55,870 bases of DNA from Rotaria socialis. Its lineage: Eukaryota. Where the stretch lies: NCBI GenBank assembly GCA_905331295.1, contig CAJNYD010000064.1:1-55870 (forward strand). The letters are read 5' to 3'. The position numbers and the translations under genes are program-made. Under the pieces are notes generated by a model, which was given only the letters and a program-made list of their open reading frames with translations, was not told the origin of the DNA and did no database searches. Of the stretch, positions 1 through 11,330 are shown piece after piece (within the stretch, counting starts at the first letter, position 1; each line of letters begins with the position of its first letter).

Positions 1-80
1 AATTCGGCGTATACGGCCGTGTACGTCATCGTAAACGGCCGTTTACGGCCGTATCTAGTCGTCGTAATGCTCGACCTGGG
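1..80. mobile_element. Right end of a MITE (GGG terminus, ACGG/CCGT subterminal repeats), same type as 13901-14189
   Basis: Ends in ...TCGACCTGGG, similar to ...TCGACTTGGG at 14189; shares repeated (T)ACGG/CCGT(A) motifs. Confidence 0.6.
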
Positions 81-1429
81 TAGTCGAATATTATAATGTA
101 CGCTTTTTTTTTATGTAATTGGCGTGATTCATGAAATGAAATAAAGCATGGTTTCATCAATACAAGCACTTCTTCTATCAGAAATCATCACAATGGAGAA
201 AGTCAAGAGATTGACGCTATTCAATGCTCGTGCAGACAAGTGTGCATGATTTGCCGCATTTAATCTCTCATTTTTAGGAGTCTACTAATAACTAACTGCA
301 GCCTTTTATGTGATGCGATTGATTGCTGATGGGCCTATGTTTCGATAGCTGAAACCAGAATCCTAGTCATTGAGAGAAAATATTTTTAAATAAGCTTTAC
401 TATGCTAATCATGATTATTACTGTAAAGTACAGCTGAACCGCTTACACTGTCAATACCCTCCATTTTAGAAGAAATATCCTGAAAAATGATGAAATCAAA
501 TTTACAGTGTAAACTTGACGCTTACCCAACTGATATAACACGATTCGCCTAAAATCTGCCCTTAAAAAGTCGATATAATTTTACGTAAAAACAACCCGCT
601 GGAAGGATGGTTAACGACGATACTTGTATTGACAGCAGCAATCGACCATATAGCGAAGTGTCATAGAGGTCGCATGAATAGGATAAAAGTAGCTTTTCAT
701 GCATTTCATTTGTAGAAATCATCAATTTATAATTGGTAATCACCCACACACTGTTTGTTATCAAAACTGACAGACATAAGCAATGTATACCCGTAAGTCA
801 ATCAGTAGGTCTCGATACTGAAAAACTGTTGGTAATCGTAGGATATGCATTAAGAAAGCATGCACAAAGCATTTGGCACTGCTCTGCGTAGTACATAGGA
901 TTTGTGTCGTACGGTGTGAGATAGTGTAGCGAGCAGTTTTATAACGGAGCACAGTTTTTCTGGGCATCTGTTGACACTTAGTCAGCTGAGACTGGGTGCA
1001 TCTAGGCTACTGAAACTCGAGGCTGTAATTTGGCAGCGAGCACGTCGATACATGTGCTGCTGACAGTGTTAAAGGAATGGCTATGATAATGGAACACATC
1101 GTAGTTTCTGATATCTATAGTGGACGCTGATTATCGTTTTTGAAAATAGCACTAATCGACATTAACACCGACGAGGTTATCACTAATTCTACACAAGAGC
1201 ATGGTGCGTACTCTGAAGAAAAAAGGAGTTTTGCAGAACCTTTTTATGGGTTCTGCTATCGTGTAAAAGACAGAACCCTCAGAAAGGTTCTACATCAAAG
1301 TGGGTTCCGTGAAATCCCAACTGAACCACTTACAATTCTTCATCAGAAATGGATTAGTCTAAAATGGTTCTGTGAGAAACCAACGAAACCATTCGTAATG
1401 CGTCACCAAGAGTGATTCAGTCCAACAGA

Positions 1430-2930
1430 AAAAGTTACCAATATGAATGGTTTTTAATAAAATATCAATTACTCCACGGATATTGGTTTTGCACCACAGA
1501 TGTAGTTCAGTATTTCAAAAATATGGTGTCTCACTATAAAAAGACGTACCATAGAAACGTTTCAATGAGTTTTCGAATCAACCTCAATAAAAAAAGAACA
1601 TATATTTACAGTTTCCATAGAACATATGACTTACCAATGATATGCCATCCAGATGAACCTAAACATAAAAAAGAAAAGTGTATGACTTCATTACAACATA
1701 ACACGTGCGCCATAAATATTTAGACTGTTAGTATTTTCCGAATCTCTTTTCTTCCTCGTACTCCATTAAGCTGATTCTACTCTCAAAAGATTCCACGTTC
1801 AATTCTCTACAAAATAGTGTATAGACGATAATACAAAATTTTGGGATATTGTTTTGGTTGAACAAAATATGAGGTGTCCCAAAAAACGGAAAAAGGTAAT
1901 CGTTTTCTAGCAAAGCTTTGCAATTTTAAATCTCTGTCAAAATTGTGTACAAATCAGATCCCAAGTTATGTTTTTACAATTCAGATATTCTCTATCTGAT
2001 GGGGACTAAATTCATTTTTTCTACTTCCGTTAACCTGATAGAAAATGGCTAATTAGCTGCTTGCCGCCATAACATCAGCGAAATGTTAGTGTTATGAAGT
2101 GGTACCATCTCGATTTTTTAACAAAACAAAATTTAAAACTATTTGAATGTGTATTTAGTAGGGAAAAATATTTGTTTTCATATGATGCTTGAACGAGTCT
2201 GGTTGGTTTAATCTTGTTCGAAATATGATCAATCTGCGGATGGTCCTAATAAGCAAGTCAAAAAGGCTAAAAACCAGTGATGGGGCTTTTACAGAAATCA
2301 TGAATGAAAGGATAAAATAAAGAGAAGAATTTCGCTTTGATGGCCAATCGAGAGAGAATTTCAACGGCTACAATTTTACATATTTAGCTTTAATACGATT
2401 AAACAGCTTGATTTATTATTAGCGAAATACCAATTTTTAAGTTACACTTTTTCAGTTTTTTGGGACACCTCGTATTTTGTTCAGCCGAAACAATATCTCA
2501 AAATTTTGTATTATCGGCTATACATCATTTTATAGAGAATTGAACGTGGAATCTTTTGAGAGTAGAATCAGCTCAATCGAGTACGAGGAAGAAAAGAAAT
2601 TCGGAAAATACTAACAGTCTAATTATTTATGGCCGACCTGTTATGTAGTTTACCATTTAATATTGTCCAATATGAGCCTAGACAAAAAATGAAATATTCA
2701 GTTTTTGGTTTCAAATATACATAAATTTAAACACAACTCACTTTTGACATGTAATAATGATAAACGTGAATATAAACGGAACATATCTATTTTTCATTTC
2801 AACATGTATAACTTACCGTGCCACGTTGTCTCAATATGAACCTAAATATAAAGAAGGAGAATATCTTGTTTTTGTTGTAACAGGTATAACTGACCATTCC
2901 ATATTATCTTGAAATGAATCCATATATAAA
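1430..2930 (-). pseudogene. Degenerate micro-exon gene remnant (24-33 nt exons)
   Basis: Minus strand shows ttag|GTTCATCTGGATGGCATATCATTG|gtaag (~1637-1660), ctag|GCTCATATTGGACAATATTAAATG|gtaaa (~2655-2678) and ttag|GTTCATATTGAGACAACGTGGCACG|gtaag (~2816-2840), plus decayed copies near 1550-1580 and 2895-2920. Confidence 0.5.
1701..2641. mobile_element. Non-autonomous DNA transposon (MITE) with ~180-bp terminal inverted repeats, probable TA target duplication
   Basis: 1701-1880 is the near-identical reverse complement of ~2460-2641 (TAGACTGTTAGTATTTTCCGAAT / ATTCGGAAAATACTAACAGTCTA); TA on both sides. Confidence 0.85.
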
Positions 2931-2971
2931 AAAGGATGTTATGCTTCCCTTTTAGATTTTATTTTATTTTA

Positions 2972-3148
2972 TGATATTATATATCAGGCAGTGAGAATCT
3001 AGCGAAACATAACTATATCAAGAACTGACGATGAATATATATATATATCCGAGAAGAAAAAGGAGAGAAAAACAAACAAGCAAAAAAGGAAAAAAACAAA
3101 TAACTATCGACCTCTAACTTTATATAATAAAGATGTCAGATCCTAACA
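2972..3148 (-). repeat. Probable 3' LTR of the gypsy element
   Basis: On minus strand a polypurine tract GGGGAAGGA (3149-3157) directly precedes TGTTAGG...; segment ends ...TATCA; left boundary approximate. Confidence 0.55.
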
Positions 3149-3812
3149 TCCTTCCCCAAGCAATAAAAAGTTTTTGCTTACTAAAACTTTTTTATCTAAT
3201 GTATGAGGAAATTCTAACAAATATAACGAGAAGAAACAAAATAAAAGAAAGAACTTCATAGAAAAAGAAAATCATGTGACATAAATGTATCAGATAGAAA
3301 ACGAAGAAAAAATATTCATGTATCACCGAGAGAGAAAAAACTATCAGAAAAAGGAAAGAAAAAAAGCAAAAAAATATAACGGGAAGAATAGCTATTAATA
3401 CACACAAAAATAACAAACAACATTTATACTATTTTTGTTTTTGTTGGTGTTGTTATCGTTCACGATAATGCTCATGATGGTGTCGACAATGATGATGTTG
3501 ATAATAATAATTATGCCGTGTAAATAATCCTTCAGATAATTGTTGTTTCAGTATGTCATGTCTAAAACCAATAATTAATAAGCCATCGACGACTCTGGCT
3601 TGTGTATGTTTGATTTCATTTTAGCGAAGAATTGCTTTTATTAATTTCATCGTAAATCGATAATAAATATTGTATTTGATATAATATCGATAACGTCGCA
3701 TTCAGAATGTATTATTTTTGATGCGGTTTCTTCGTCTTCTTACTTCTTTGGTTCGGTGTCGATGAGCAGATTTATGTGGTCGTGTTGACGGTTGTCGTTC
3801 ACGATCGTCAAT

Positions 3813-4290
3813 TCATTTAACTTGGCCATCATTATGAATAATTAATTCAATATCATTTGCAAGTAATTGATCAGTTAGTTGTTGTTCATCGTCTGAAATT
3901 TCCTCAATAGCAGGAGGTGCTTGTTTAACTGGGCCAACAAGTTGATTAACGTAAATTTCATCATCAGAAATTGGTTCTAATTCGTCATCACCAAGTAATG
4001 CATTAACAAATTTTTGTATTAACATTTTTTTAAATTTTTTTGTTTTTTGAAGAAATGACGGTGGTAATGTTGATTTAAATGAAATAAATAAATCATTGAT
4101 TCTTGTATTTTTTAATTGTTGAAATATCCATTTTCTTAATATTGGTCGAATCCAATAAGTTGTTAAAAAGACATTGTAAATTGCATAATTAATCATGTTT
4201 TGTCTTCGAGATGATGATAAAGTTGAATTGTTTGTCGTTAATTCACCTGCCCAATTATTAACTCTAGCAGATTTGTCGATGAATAACTGT
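3813..4290 (-). pseudogene. C-terminal part of the retrotransposon's extra ORF3, DEDDy (RNase D-like) exonuclease-like
   Basis: LFIDKSARVNNW...RRQNMINYAIYNV resembles the DEDDy ExoIII region (DKS..S.W...Q..YA..D) with D>N; lies between pol remnant and PPT. Confidence 0.55.
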
Positions 4291-4342
4291 GCAGCATCAG
4301 GAGAATAAGATGGACGAATTAATTCAAACTGAAATAATTCTT

Positions 4343-5158
4343 TGTGCCAATATTGGTAACGCTAAATTATGTACGAAGCTAATTAAATACTATTTCTTAT
4401 AAATCATGTAACAATAGTTTATCCTTGCCCCTGATGTTTGAAAAGTTAGAGGACAGAGTTGTGTCGTTCTCAACCACTCTCTTCTTGTAATCGGTCATCT
4501 TCTTCTTTCCTTCTGTTCGGTCAAGGCGATTATAATAGCATCGATGTATCAATTCTCTTTTATAATTAGCCTTTTTGTTACTTGGATATACATCCATTTC
4601 TTCCTCTTTCTTGGTGGCGTATATAAGCGTGTGTTTTGTATTACATGGATACATTTGTATGTAGAGTATAGTTGAATAAACATCGTGTAGTAAAACACTA
4701 AACTATCCCACTCGATTTGTCATAACGATTTAGAATGAAGTAGTATTAGCGTCTGCAGATGTCGTTAACAGATTCTAAACGTCTAACTCTATATCTCCTT
4801 TAATCTGATTGTTCTTGTTCTGTTACGTCACATTGGTCAATCAACTCACGTGATAGATTTTCCAATATATATATCATTCGTTCTTATAACGTCGTCATTC
4901 CATCTCTTTTTATTTTCTTTTTCAACTTCTATTACGTTGTTCATCTTCAACGACTTGATTAAATATATTCTGATCAAACAAATACTTGTTTGAACCAGCT
5001 ACATAATCAATTATTTGATGTAAGCTCATTTCATATATTTAACATAGTAGAGTTCATCTCTAAGTATTAACATCCCCTTAATCAGAGCTAACAAGTAGCT
5101 CGACTAACATCAATGCCGCGTATAACGGTAGAGTTAAACTTATTCTCTTTTTGTTACA
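4343..5158. mobile_element. Solo LTR (816 bp) nested in gypsy pol
   Basis: TG...CA termini; 5-bp TSD TTCTT at 4338-4342 and 5159-5163; removing it rejoins pol as YKITQE-LFQFELIRPSYSP. Confidence 0.85.
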
Positions 5159-6353
5159 TTCTTGTGTAATCTTATACATTGAATCTTGTTTAGCTGGAGT
5201 AGAATAATATGGTTTGGATGATGGAGGTGGATAATCAAGAGTTTTAATTGCATGTGGTTTTACATTAATAACAATTGTAGGTTTAGTTGTATCAAATAAT
5301 TTTGCATATTTATCAAGAATACGTTTAACTTTGTCTTTTTGTTCAGCATTAGTAATATGTTGAATTAAAGTAAATATATTTTTCTGTACTAATGAATAAT
5401 CTATATGTGAATCTTTTTTAAAAGATAAAGTAGGAATAGTGCTTGTACCCACCCAATAGTATACCTTTAAGTAATAAACGAACTTCATTTGTTGGATTGT
5501 GAAGTGAAATAAATGATGTATGACGATGAATATTTAATGGAGTATTTAACATAAGTATCGGTGATCGTTGTTATAATTTAAAAAAGGGACGAAATAACAC
5601 TTGAGCTGATGATAATGCAGCTGATACTGGAATTAACACCTTTGGTTTTGGTGGAGTTCGAATATGTTTGATTAAACGTGCCGGATAATTAATACAATGT
5701 TTGTTAACGTCAAATTGTAAGGTGGTACGTTTATGACTATCACGAATCGAAACAGTTCGTTCTTCAGTATTAATAATCAATTTATATTTATTGATGAAAT
5801 CCATACCTAATATACAATCAACACATAATTCTTTAACAATAAATGCTTTGATAGAAGTTAACATATCACCCATGCTAATATATAAATGTATACTGTGCTA
5901 AGAATAGAAAGAGATGTATAATCATCAGCTAAAATTACACGACTAGATACTTTATTAATACGTTTTTTTTTTATATGATAGATGTAATGTCTTTATAGAA
6001 ATAAAAGTTCGATTTGCACCTGTATCAATCATCGTCTTCATTAGTTTTTTTTTATTTACAATACCATTAAGATATATTGTTGAGTGTAAGATGAATATCT
6101 TGAAGGATCATAACGTCGGATTTGTTGATTCCCCATTCGTGTAGTATGCGGATAATTTGGACGAAATTGTTGACTTATTGGCTATTGAAACGTGTGTTGT
6201 GGAAATTTCCTAAATGATTGTTGTTGAATAAATGGTCGTGTTAATGATTTCGAATGTGCAACGGCATTGATTGGGTGTGGGTGTCGTACGTCTATTCTAA
6301 CTTCCTACGCCCAAACCCATACCCGACATCCACACCCACACCCTCAGAACATA

Positions 6354-6394
6354 CCTGATGATGAATGGATTAAGCCCTATTCAAAATGCATAGG
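6354..6394 (+). ncRNA. Degenerate minimal (Penelope-type) hammerhead ribozyme
   Basis: CC-CTGATGA-T-GAATGG/CTATTC (stem II)-AAAA (GAAA mutated)-TGCA (palindromic stem III)-TA-GG; related copy at 6569-6606. Confidence 0.55.
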
Positions 6395-6810
6395 ATAGTA
6401 GGTTGGTATCTATTTATATTATAAACACATCCACCCCTCACATCTCACACTCAACACATTTAATCTTAACATAAGATTAATGCTGGTGATTTCCCCTAAG
6501 ACTTCTATAACTACTTTGTTTTGATATCAGATTGAATTTCATGCAGAATATTAGAATTTCGAAGTTACCTGATGATGCTTAAATTAAGCCCTGATCAAAG
6601 CGCGTCATGATTAGCTTGGAATTCGTTTAGAAACTCACATTCTCATCCTCACCTTCGAATATAATGCCCAACTAGCAATGAGGTGAAAGTAGATAATTCT
6701 TTTATCATTCATCAGTAAAAGTGCATCAGGACTCTACTTGAAATAATGCCACGATTTCTATGAATTGAAGCACTTCATACATGACCGCACAAACTTTATA
6801 TAAATTTATT

Positions 6811-7608
6811 TCAGCACTGTGAACAAATCATAACATATGAAGGCACTACATTGATAATCATCAAAAAAGATGAGAGTATACTGATAACAAATGACATGAT
6901 GTAAAGCCACAATAATACTACACTAGTGCAAGCTAAAAGAGGTAACACCAACATAAGCAGGACAATTAGAATGAATTTTACATGGCAATCAGCATATTCT
7001 AACTTGTCCTTAAAAGCTTCAAATGTAGCATTCCGTTTTCCTGTGCGAAATTCGTGGATCATGTCGAAAGAAATAAAAATGGCAACGAAAACGAACAAAA
7101 AAACAAAGATCCACATTTTTGGCAAAATCGATGATAAAAACAAGCTTTTGTATTCCAAGCAAGGCTTAGTGTAATCAAATGCAAATAGAAACAAGCCAGG
7201 TATCACTAGAGATCCTTTAAATACAAAGGATCGTATGGACCGCACCACTTTCGTATGTAAACCATCTATGTATCCATTCTCGTACTCCAACAACGTACCG
7301 ACGATGTTTAGTACTAAGGCTGCCAATATTCCAATCCAAAAGCACACTAAGAAGAAATAATGAGATCCTGTTCGATGAACGAGCCAGTTCAGTTCATTAT
7401 CATTAGAAAGGGTAATTGCGTTTGTTTGATTGAAGCAATCCTCTTGTGTATGTTGCTCTTTCACAATATAATAATGGGTATTGGTATTATTTTCATAGTG
7501 ATAACCACCTCGTTTCTTATACTTGTGGAATGATATCATATCAAGCACGAAGACAACAATGGATGCAGCAATAGAAACTGCACACATTACTTTTCTACAT
7601 GTCGCCAT
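6811..7608 (-). CDS. Uncharacterised multipass membrane protein, 265 aa
   Basis: Intronless ORF with ATG and about 5-6 hydrophobic segments. Confidence 0.7.
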   Translation of the reverse strand: MATCRKVMCAVSIAASIVVFVLDMISFHKYKKRGGYHYENNTNTHYYIVKEQHTQEDCFNQTNAITLSNDNELNWLVHRTGSHYFFLVCFWIGILAALVLNIVGTLLEYENGYIDGLHTKVVRSIRSFVFKGSLVIPGLFLFAFDYTKPCLEYKSLFLSSILPKMWIFVFLFVFVAIFISFDMIHEFRTGKRNATFEAFKDKLEYADCHVKFILIVLLMLVLPLLACTSVVLLWLYIMSFVISILSSFLMIINVVPSYVMICSQC

Positions 7609-8148
7609 GGAAGATGATCTTATCGATAGCGATCTGCAAAATTAAAACAACAACAACAACTTCCGAAGACAATGCTTTAGAAAAACTCGCTACTTGTCTG
7701 GAGTATTATTGCTGTGGGGCAGAGGGATTTAGAATATCTGCTTTTCTATCTAACTCAGTTGAAGACTGCAAGTCGTTTAATTTTGTTGATACAAATTTTA
7801 CTCGTAATTTTCTGTCCTTGAACAATTGTGACCTCATGATTTTTGTGTTGATCGATTCCCCCTGAGATTGCCGATGTTAGTAGAGTATTTGTTTTTCGTA
7901 CAAAAAGCTTGTTTGTCGGAAAATTGAATACTTTTGAAGGATGGGTGTAGGCGTCGGTGTGGTTGCTAAGAAAGAACGAAACCATAGCCTACACACATCC
8001 TCACTCTTTATAAACCATTTTAGGGTTTATGATAATCTTCAAACCCTTGAAGAGTTTTTGGAAGATCATAGATAAGATGACGGTTTAATATTCTACTCTG
8101 TTTCTTACAGTGTAGTAGATTCTTCTATATAATACACACCCTTACAAC

Positions 8149-8442
8149 TAGGGGTGGACCATTTTTTTTAACGGAACTTAATTAATGACATTAATTAATG
8201 ACTTCCATTAGCCATTAATCTTAATGGTTAATGTTTTCTAAGAAAAACTTAATTCATTNTTTAAAATTAATGTTAATGTTTTTCATTAATCATTAATATT
8301 AATAAATTAAGTTTTTCTCAGAAAACATTAAGCATTAATATTAATGAATTAAGTTTTTCTCAGAAAACATTAAGCATTAATATTAATGGTTAATGAGAAA
8401 CATTAACATTAATATAAAATTAATGTTAATGGCCCACCCCTA
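8149..8442. mobile_element. hAT-type MITE with CATTAA-rich internal repeats
   Basis: TIR TAGGGGTGG(A/G)CCATT; 8-bp TSD CTTACAAC at 8141-8148 and 8443-8450. Confidence 0.9.
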
Positions 8443-9351
8443 CTTACAACCAATATAATTTTTTTCGGAATAGTTCTATTTCATACTATGAAAGCCTCCA
8501 AATATAAAATGTCACATTCCTCTGCATTGTCTTCTTTATTTTATTTCAGATTTATTCACGAAAACAACTTTCAGTAACCGAAGCAAATCTACCGTTTACC
8601 ACATATACCACGAAATAATTATGAACTGAATGCCGATCTCGACTGCTCTATTCACACAAGAATATATTAAAAGTTAATTTTTATTCTAGAAAATTGAATA
8701 TGCAAATATATCACTAATTATTATATCGAAAAAGTATTTCAAATATTATTTATCATTTTATAATTACTAGCCAACAGACATAATATTGAGATTCCACCTG
8801 ATGAAGTCCCGGCATGAACAGAAATAACCATTGTAGTGGAGCGGTAATATATCTAGTTTGTGTCCTATCCTCATCCACACTCTCACGTATACCACATTGT
8901 CTCGCAATATAAACAAAACCTAAACCATTACTAAATCATACACTTGATTTGGCACTTATTTCCTTGTTACAAAAGTTACTTTTAATAACAATAAAGACAA
9001 GTCATAAAACTACATGACCGTCCGTCTTAAAAGGTACTTTATTCACTGCTTTGCAATCCTATGAGAATTACAATAGACTTTAGATCGATTTAAGCTGTCT
9101 GATGAGGTTCTTAATCAAGGCCTAAATCACAATAAATTATGCTTTATAAATCACTCTCACCTTCAAGATAGTGAATATTGTGATGTAAACATATGTCTTG
9201 ATGATAAATTTTTGAAGAAATGTATATTGACAAACACGTGCGTGTTAATAAACTAAAATATCTTATCGTCCTATCTGATGAAACAGAAAATGAAAGCACT
9301 TATCACTCAATTCAAATTCAAATTTCTTATCATTGAAATAAACAAAATATA

Positions 9352-9713
9352 CAGGGTGTCGCAAAAGTCATCTTACTGAAAAAAATTGAATATCTCCATT
9401 AAAACTCAAGCAAACAAGCTGATCTTTTTATCAATGATATAGGCATGTTTAAGTTTTATACATTCATAAATACAAGATTAGATAGACCCGTTTTTAAGTA
9501 TATGGTTTTCTTTATCCTATCTGTGAAAAAGTGAACGCTTATTATTGAGATCAATGGTGATTCTTAACAGAGGGTGTCTCTGTGCATGTATTTATCAATT
9601 CAAAGCTTGAGTATGCCTCTATCGTTGATAAAAAGATCAGCTCGTTTGCTCGAGTTGAATCGAAGATACTCAATTCTTTTATTTCGCGGTAAAGTGACTT
9701 TTGCGCCACTCTG
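9352..9713. mobile_element. Tc1/mariner-type MITE
   Basis: TIR CAGGGTGTCGCAAAAGTCA / TGACTTTTGCGCCACTCTG, TA on both sides, internal inverted segments. Confidence 0.85.
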
Positions 9714-9729
9714 TATTGGCATGAATTTA

Positions 9730-10770
9730 GATGATTAGTAAAATAATTAGATGGTATGATCAGTAACAAAAAATATTATAAAATCTGTTGATTGAATGAA
9801 TGATCAGTTATATATTAAAGTACCAGTAAACTAATTAGTTAAATGATCAGTTGTTAAATAAAAAGGTTATGTAATAAAATTGTAATATCAGTTAATAAAA
9901 TAGAGTAACAGTTAGTTAAATCAAACAATAAGTAAGGAAGTCAAAAAGTAGAGTAGCCATAAGTTTGGTAATATGACTCTCGCCAATGATGGCGAAACTC
10001 CACCACATTTTCAGTTATTAGAGGAAATGATATTGATATATGATATGCACTCTCCACAAATCCCATACAGTTTATCTTATGTTTTTGTCAACTTGACGAA
10101 CATACGGCAACTTTTGATCCAAAGTTGAATGATTCAAAGAATGTCGTTACTGTAGCGAATTGCTCAAGTTGACTAGCGTGAATATTGGCGAAATCTGGAT
10201 CGACATACACCAGTATACCCCCTGGACTCCCGCCAATAATTCGCGAAAATCATATTGGCGAAGATCGAGTATCTCAAAAAGTATACCAAGGTGATTTAGG
10301 GTGGGCTATGGCTTTGACTGAATTTGAAGAAACAAATCTAGTGGACACAAACAACCACAGTCCCCACTCACTCACCATCATATCAAGCCCACACCCATCA
10401 TCGCAACGAGTGTTTGTTTAAGAATTTGAAACAGCGATCGGCGACAAAGACTGTCCCGATTGGTATGAAAAAAAAGAGAAGTCGACCAGAAAAAGCAAAA
10501 CGTGCTTGCTAATGCAAAAATTTATTTATGATTTTTCCCATTTCAATTTTTTTCTTTTATTCTATACTATATTGTATGGATAATTTTTACCTTTTCTAAT
10601 GGTAAAATCTGTCTTATTTACTTATCAAGTTTTCTTCTTTTACTTATCAAATTCCTTTTCTTTACTGGTACAAATGATGTATTTTTACTGCTATTTCATA
10701 TAATAAACTGATCACTTTCTCATTATTTACTGGTACTCTAAATACTATCATGTCATCTATTTTACAAATC
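9730..10770. repeat. Old fold-back element with degenerate inverted arms, enclosing a second small inverted-repeat element (~9972-10272)
   Basis: GTACCAGTAAA...TGATCAGTT (9820-9851) mirrored by AACTGATCA...TTTACTGGTAC (10706-10736); TCGCCAAT / ATTGGCGA pair inside. Confidence 0.4.
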
Positions 10771-10940
10771 GAATATTTTGTTGCCCTCTGCATTGTGAAA
10801 TTAAAAAACTAAAGGCTGGTTTACTCATACTTTCTATATAATTAGATTTATTTTGATGTAAAAAAAAACGTGCTTTAGTTTAATTTTACTGGAATCTTTT
10901 ATCAATGTTTAACTAATTTTAGTCGTATCACTAAATCGAA

Positions 10941-11330
10941 ATGGCTTACAAATTAGACATCGTGCACAAGAAATATTACTACAATAAAAGAATAGAGCTA
11001 GTTAGTGTTTCGCTAGTAGAAACAGATAGAAGGGCGTCTTATGACTATGATAGAGGGACGGCTTGGAAAGCTGAAGGCGGCGATTGGAGTTCAACATATT
11101 GAATGGCTGCTTATTTTCAAACAATTTAAACCAGAAAAATTTTCGAAGATCTAAACAAATCTAGTCAGGAAAAATTGGTAAGACAATTGGCTGCTGAGTG
11201 GCACACTTATGTTGACTATTATACAATGAAATTGAAGCTTGCACTGCATGCCAATAGAGTCATCTATGATTTAAGTAAATCGGGCATAGTTGGATCTGGC
11301 CATTGTGGTGGTTCTATAGATTTATCCTAA
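10941..11330 (+). pseudogene. Pseudogene of an unknown ~130-aa protein
   Basis: One frame from ATG 10941 (MAYKLDIVHKKYYYNKRIELVSVSLVETDRRASYD...) to TAA 11330 with two internal stops; coding-like composition. Confidence 0.45.

Larger units (their letters stand above)
2972..6270 (-). mobile_element. Internally deleted, degenerate Ty3/gypsy LTR retrotransposon
   Basis: Aspartic protease remnants (IDTGANRTFIS ~6030-6000; CILGMDFI in ORF 5571-5873), pre-RT linker (ILDKYAKLFD, HAIKT, PYYSTPAKQ, YKITQE|LFQFELIRPSYSPDAA), then a jump to ORF3, PPT and LTR; stops and frameshifts. Confidence 0.85.

Noticed and set aside
1414..2930. Spaced short repeats as a CRISPR-like array
   Set aside because: Repeats are degenerate, irregularly spaced and bounded by splice signals; eukaryotic context with no cas genes
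3192..3416. Hydrophobic 74-aa ORF
   Set aside because: Translation of the T-rich 3' UTR of the LTR element
9270..9300. CTGATGA...GAAA as a hammerhead
   Set aside because: No stem II or stem I pairing
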